Positions 39,295-42,738 of a DNA stretch of 42,738 nucleotides are shown one piece after another. The stretch's first letter is position 1. The number at the start of each line of letters is the position of its first letter. A model generated the notes under the pieces. It ran no database searches and was not told where the DNA came from. It worked only from the letters and a program-made list of their open reading frames with translations. Origin of the DNA: Aquificales bacterium (GTDB lineage Bacteria; Aquificota; Aquificia; Aquificales; QOAS01); contig DTXZ01000004.1 of the NCBI GenBank assembly GCA_012962155.1, positions 1 to 42,738 of the forward strand, in the 5' to 3' direction. The translations under genes and the position numbers were made by a program.

Positions 39295-40614
39295 TTAAGA
39301 AGAGCTTTCCGCCTTTTCATCGTCTACGAGAGCTTTTTTAACTATAGCGGTCATGTGGGTTTCGGGACCGTAAACCTCTATTGGAAGGCCCAATTCTTCC
39401 GCCGCCTTTTTAATTCTTGCGAGACCTATTTCGTAGTTGGGCCCCCCCCTTCTTACGTAGATTTTTACACCAACCTCTTTTAGTTTGTCCGCGTATTCCT
39501 TCATTGCGTCTATAATTCCGTCAAAGGTTTTGGCTACGTCGGTAAAGTTTGCTATAGCCCCACCGATGATTAGTATTTTTGGTTTGCCGGATTTGTGTTT
39601 TTGTCGGGTCATAAGGTCAAAGAGGGTTTTAACGTATTCTCTAGTTTCCGTTCGGGAAGGGTTTCCGGAATATTCCCCGTAGTTTGCCAATTCTTTAACA
39701 AATCCCAGGTCAGCTACGGTATCGGAGTAAACAACCGATGCACCTCCACCCGCAATTAGGAGCCATACCCTACCTTCGGGATTGAGAACGGTAAGCTTCA
39801 GGGAAGCACCGGATTTTTCGTCTAGTTCTTTAATGTATTTCTCTTCGGGGGTCAGTTCCCTACCGAACCCCGCGGGGAAGGTTACATCCCCCCATTTTCT
39901 TCCTGCAACGAATTGGGCGGTGTCGTCCAATCTTGCAACCATATCAAGGGGGAATACCTTGTTGTCCTTTAACACTAAGGGGTTAATCTCCAAGTATGCA
40001 AAGTGGAGGTCTTTAAAGTATTTATAGAGCCTTTTAACAAATTCTGTGTAATTTTTTTTATCCTCTATTTCTTCGGGAATATTTTCCTCTATTAGTTTGA
40101 AAGCTTCCTCTTCACTTGCCAGAATGGGAATAGTTACTTCTTTAACCTTATCCCAGTTTTCCTCTACCTCTATACCACCGAATGCGGACATAAAAATCTT
40201 ATCACCTTGTTCGGAGAGTGTCATTGCCACGTAATACTCCTCCTTTTGCTCGTGGGGAATGAAAGGTTCAACTATAAAGTGGGTAAGTTTCCCCTTTACA
40301 CCCTTTATTTCTATCTCTTCCCCCATTTTTTCTTTAATCCATTTTTTGACGTCCTCCCAAGTAACGTCTCCGGGGGTGTTTATCTTGTAAAGAACCAAAC
40401 CGAGTTTCCCCCTTTTTCCAAAGAGCATGTCGGGTTTTGCAACCAAAGGGGTTTCCTTAACCCAAGGGTGTTCCTCGGGAATTTTATCCAAATCGGTTTC
40501 GGGGGTTATTAATATGCTTTTAAAGTCGTACTCAAATTCGCCGCCGAAGTAGTCTTTCCAGTTTTTAGCTAAGATTCTTTTGGCGTCAAACTCTCTGATA
40601 GCTCTCTGAGCCAT
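39295..40614 (-). CDS. aclB: ATP citrate lyase small (beta) subunit
   Basis: MAQRAIRE.D.K, KPDMLFGKRGK, YLEINP, LDDTA, GASLKLTVLNP.G, AGGGASVVY, ANYGEYSG, GGAIANFTDV, RRGGPNY; directly upstream of aclA. Confidence 0.95.
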   Translation of the reverse strand: MAQRAIREFDAKRILAKNWKDYFGGEFEYDFKSILITPETDLDKIPEEHPWVKETPLVAKPDMLFGKRGKLGLVLYKINTPGDVTWEDVKKWIKEKMGEEIEIKGVKGKLTHFIVEPFIPHEQKEEYYVAMTLSEQGDKIFMSAFGGIEVEENWDKVKEVTIPILASEEEAFKLIEENIPEEIEDKKNYTEFVKRLYKYFKDLHFAYLEINPLVLKDNKVFPLDMVARLDDTAQFVAGRKWGDVTFPAGFGRELTPEEKYIKELDEKSGASLKLTVLNPEGRVWLLIAGGGASVVYSDTVADLGFVKELANYGEYSGNPSRTETREYVKTLFDLMTRQKHKSGKPKILIIGGAIANFTDVAKTFDGIIDAMKEYADKLKEVGVKIYVRRGGPNYEIGLARIKKAAEELGLPIEVYGPETHMTAIVKKALVDDEKAESSS

Positions 40615-40664
40615 GCTTTCCTCCTGGCAAAAAAGGTTTTTTGTTAAAACTCTCTATTTTAATA

Positions 40665-41456
40665 ATGGAAAGTAAGCCTTTCCATACTTTAAAAGTTGGA
40701 GTTTTTGATTCGGGATTGGGCGGTCTTACCGTTCTTTCCGAACTGACTAAGGTTTCTTCGGGAGTAAAGTTTTTTTACTTGGGAGATACCGCCCGCGTTC
40801 CTTACGGAATTCGTTCCGACGAAACTATCGTGGAGTATTCTTTGGAATGCGCCCGCTTTCTTTTGAAATTTGGAATAGATGTTTTGGTAATAGCTTGCAA
40901 CACCGCCAGTGCAAAAGCCACCGAATCTTTAAAAAAAGAATTTCCCTTTTTGAAAATATTTGAGGTTATAACTCCGGCGGTGGATGTTGTTTCCGTTACA
41001 GCCAAAAGTAGCGTTGGAATAATTGGAACCCCGGCAACGGTAGAAAGCAACGTTTACCTAGAAAGGTTGGAATTTTTAAATCCCTCTTTGGAAATTTTTC
41101 AAAAACCAACCCCCCTTTTGGTTCCTCTCGTTGAAGAAGGTCTCACCGACGGAAAGGTGGTCTTTGAAGTTTTGAAACACTACCTTTGGGAGTGGAAAGA
41201 AAAAATAGATACCCTACTACTCGGTTGTACCCATTATCCACTTTTGGAGTATTCAATAAAAAAGCTATTCCCCCACTGGGGGATAGTAAATAGTGCCAAA
41301 CCTTTGGCCCAAAAACTAAAACCTATTTTAAACTTTGGAGGTAAAAACGAAATAAGACTTTACTTTACCGATAAAACCGCCTTTTTAGAGGAAATGGTAT
41401 ATAGGATTCCCTTAAAAGGGAAGATAAAGAGATTGGAAATAGGAAATTTACTTTAG
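40665..41456 (+). CDS. murI: Glutamate racemase
   Basis: GVFDSGLGGLTV, DTARVPYG, catalytic IACNTAS and LGCTHYP. ATG 40665 preferred over TTG 40641. Confidence 0.96.
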   Translation: MESKPFHTLKVGVFDSGLGGLTVLSELTKVSSGVKFFYLGDTARVPYGIRSDETIVEYSLECARFLLKFGIDVLVIACNTASAKATESLKKEFPFLKIFEVITPAVDVVSVTAKSSVGIIGTPATVESNVYLERLEFLNPSLEIFQKPTPLLVPLVEEGLTDGKVVFEVLKHYLWEWKEKIDTLLLGCTHYPLLEYSIKKLFPHWGIVNSAKPLAQKLKPILNFGGKNEIRLYFTDKTAFLEEMVYRIPLKGKIKRLEIGNLL

Positions 41457-42554
41457 ATTTTTGACTTCACAAATCTCGTAATTTTTAGCTAAATTATTTA
41501 AGCCCATAGCTTGAAGGGTTTCAATGGAGATGTTTCCGGCGGGCAAGTTGTGGTCAACTTGGAATTTAACAACCGCCGCCATGGTGTCCTCGTCAAGTTT
41601 TCCATTAATAGTTCCCTTGTAATAACCCAACTCTTTAAGCTTCCTTTGAATAATCTTGATTTCTTCCGGTTTGAGGTTAACGTCACAGAGAATAGCATCC
41701 CATATAACTTCGGGCCCTTTGACCATAAAGGTTTTGCTCTTTACATCGTATTTGGGAGGCATAGGCTCTTTCGTACAGGTTGCATCCCTAACCAACTCTT
41801 TAATTTTTATAATCTTATACTCCGCGGGAACCAGTATTTTCTTACACTTGGGAGGTTCAACTAAAACTTTTCTCGTTACGGTTATATATTCTGCGGGAAC
41901 TTCTACTTTACAGTACACTCCATTTTCGTAAGTCCATATAGGTCTGGAGGGAGCAAGAAGAATTTTTTCCGTTTTTACTTCATACTTAGGAGGAATTACC
42001 TCTATTTTATGATAGGGGGGTCTTACAAGGATTTTTTTCTCAATTTCTTTAAACTGGGCTTCCTTTATTTTTACTTTTAAACCGCCATCCTCTTTAATAT
42101 ATTTTACTGTAATTTTCTTATATGTAGGAGGTTTAACCAATTTACCGTAACAGCATCCTACAGGAGCATTTTGAGGGTAACTTACTACGGGAGATTTTTC
42201 TTTAATCAAAGATTTAATAATCTGGAGTAGCTCTTGGGGAGATTTTTCCTTATAAGGTCCCCAATCGGTGTAAGTGGTTTCTGTTCTTTTAACAACCGTT
42301 TTGTCCTGTTTAATCCCTTTAGTTGAAAGATTTTCAGCCTTTGGAGCCTCTTTAGAAAACTCATCTACCGGTAGCCGATTTTCTTTTGAAGTTTTTTGTT
42401 CTTTTTGGATTTCAGATTTGAAGCAAGCTTCTTCATCCTGGAAGAGGAGATATCCACCGTCATCGCAAGAAGGTAAAACCTGAACCGCATTTGTTATTCC
42501 ACCACTTACAAATATACCGCAGCAAAAAATAGCAACTAAATTTGGCCTTTCCAT
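41448..42554 (-). CDS. Secreted Cys-rich protein with 23-aa beta repeats and a C-terminal peptidoglycan-binding domain
   Basis: Signal-peptide-like N-terminus (..GITNA), six P-[PA]-x-Y-type repeats, PG_binding_1-like IQRKLKELGYY.G.ING...EDT.AAV.KFQ....L..G. Confidence 0.8.
   Translation of the reverse strand: MERPNLVAIFCCGIFVSGGITNAVQVLPSCDDGGYLLFQDEEACFKSEIQKEQKTSKENRLPVDEFSKEAPKAENLSTKGIKQDKTVVKRTETTYTDWGPYKEKSPQELLQIIKSLIKEKSPVVSYPQNAPVGCCYGKLVKPPTYKKITVKYIKEDGGLKVKIKEAQFKEIEKKILVRPPYHKIEVIPPKYEVKTEKILLAPSRPIWTYENGVYCKVEVPAEYITVTRKVLVEPPKCKKILVPAEYKIIKIKELVRDATCTKEPMPPKYDVKSKTFMVKGPEVIWDAILCDVNLKPEEIKIIQRKLKELGYYKGTINGKLDEDTMAAVVKFQVDHNLPAGNISIETLQAMGLNNLAKNYEICEVKNLK
41700..42131 (-). 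repeat. Protein-level tandem repeat, 3+3 units of about 23 aa
   Basis: PPTYKKITVKYIKEDGGLKVKIK / EAQFKEIEKKILVRPPYHKIEVI / PPKYEVKTEKILLAPSRPIW, linker, PAEYITVTRKVLVEPPKCKKILV / PAEYKIIKIKELVRDATCTKEPM / PPKYDVKSKTFMVKGPEVIW. Confidence 0.75.
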
Positions 42555-42600
42555 AACTTTTATATTATAGAGTAAGTGTCCTAGGTTCTTTTGTCAGAGT

Positions 42601-42687
42601 TGGTGCGGGCGCCGGGAGTCGAACCCGGACGGCCTTACGGCCAGCGGATTTTAAATCCGCCGCGTCTGCCAGTTCCGCCACGCCCGC
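42601..42687 (-). tRNA. tRNA-Leu (anticodon UAA), CCA encoded
   Basis: Reverse complement GCGGGCG...CGCCCGC-A-CCA acceptor stem, D arm with TGG, anticodon stem GCGGA/TCCGC with loop TTTAAAA, long variable arm GGCC-GTAA-GGCC, T loop TTCGACT; 87 nt. Confidence 0.97.
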
Positions 42688-42738
42688 TTATAGAAAGTAT
42701 AAGTTTAAAGGAATTGGAAAGAATTTCAATGGAATGAC

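Noticed and set aside
41448-42687. Genomic island integrated at the tRNA-Leu 3' end
   Set aside because: The adjacent gene is AT-rich, but I saw no integrase and no duplicated tRNA 3' end (att site), and murI follows immediately.

Overview
Gene-dense stretch of core chromosome from a (hyper)thermophilic Aquificota bacterium. RpoB/RpoC architecture, scattered operons and reverse gyrase point to an Aquifex-like member of the Aquificaceae; this is recalled similarity, not a search result. The window holds about 29 CDSs (dapL-like, gatA, monomeric icd, aconitase, bioD, rpoC, rpoB, fliP/fliO-like/fliL/flgE, queE, argB, argS, trpF, feoA, glnB plus porin, argJ, exbD, purL, rgy, class V aminotransferase, aclAB, murI and others) and tRNA-Leu(UAA). 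No CRISPR array, transposase, integrase or prophage is visible. Top signals: (1) a 182-aa Ser-initiated mini-intein splitting the TOPRIM DPD|TEGE motif of reverse gyrase, with ends and flanks resembling PolB pol-c inteins; (2) a solitary, compact, degenerate Csm5-like CRISPR RAMP gene heading a trpF-argS-argB run with no cas genes or array nearby; (3) two-subunit ATP citrate lyase plus monomeric NADP-IDH in an apparently Aquificaceae background; (4) rpoBC detached from the rplKAJL cluster with its own sigma70 promoter; (5) a split between SD-led genes and SD-less genes with a -10-like box about 9-10 nt before ATG; (6) a secreted protein with symmetric 23-aa repeats and a peptidoglycan-binding domain.
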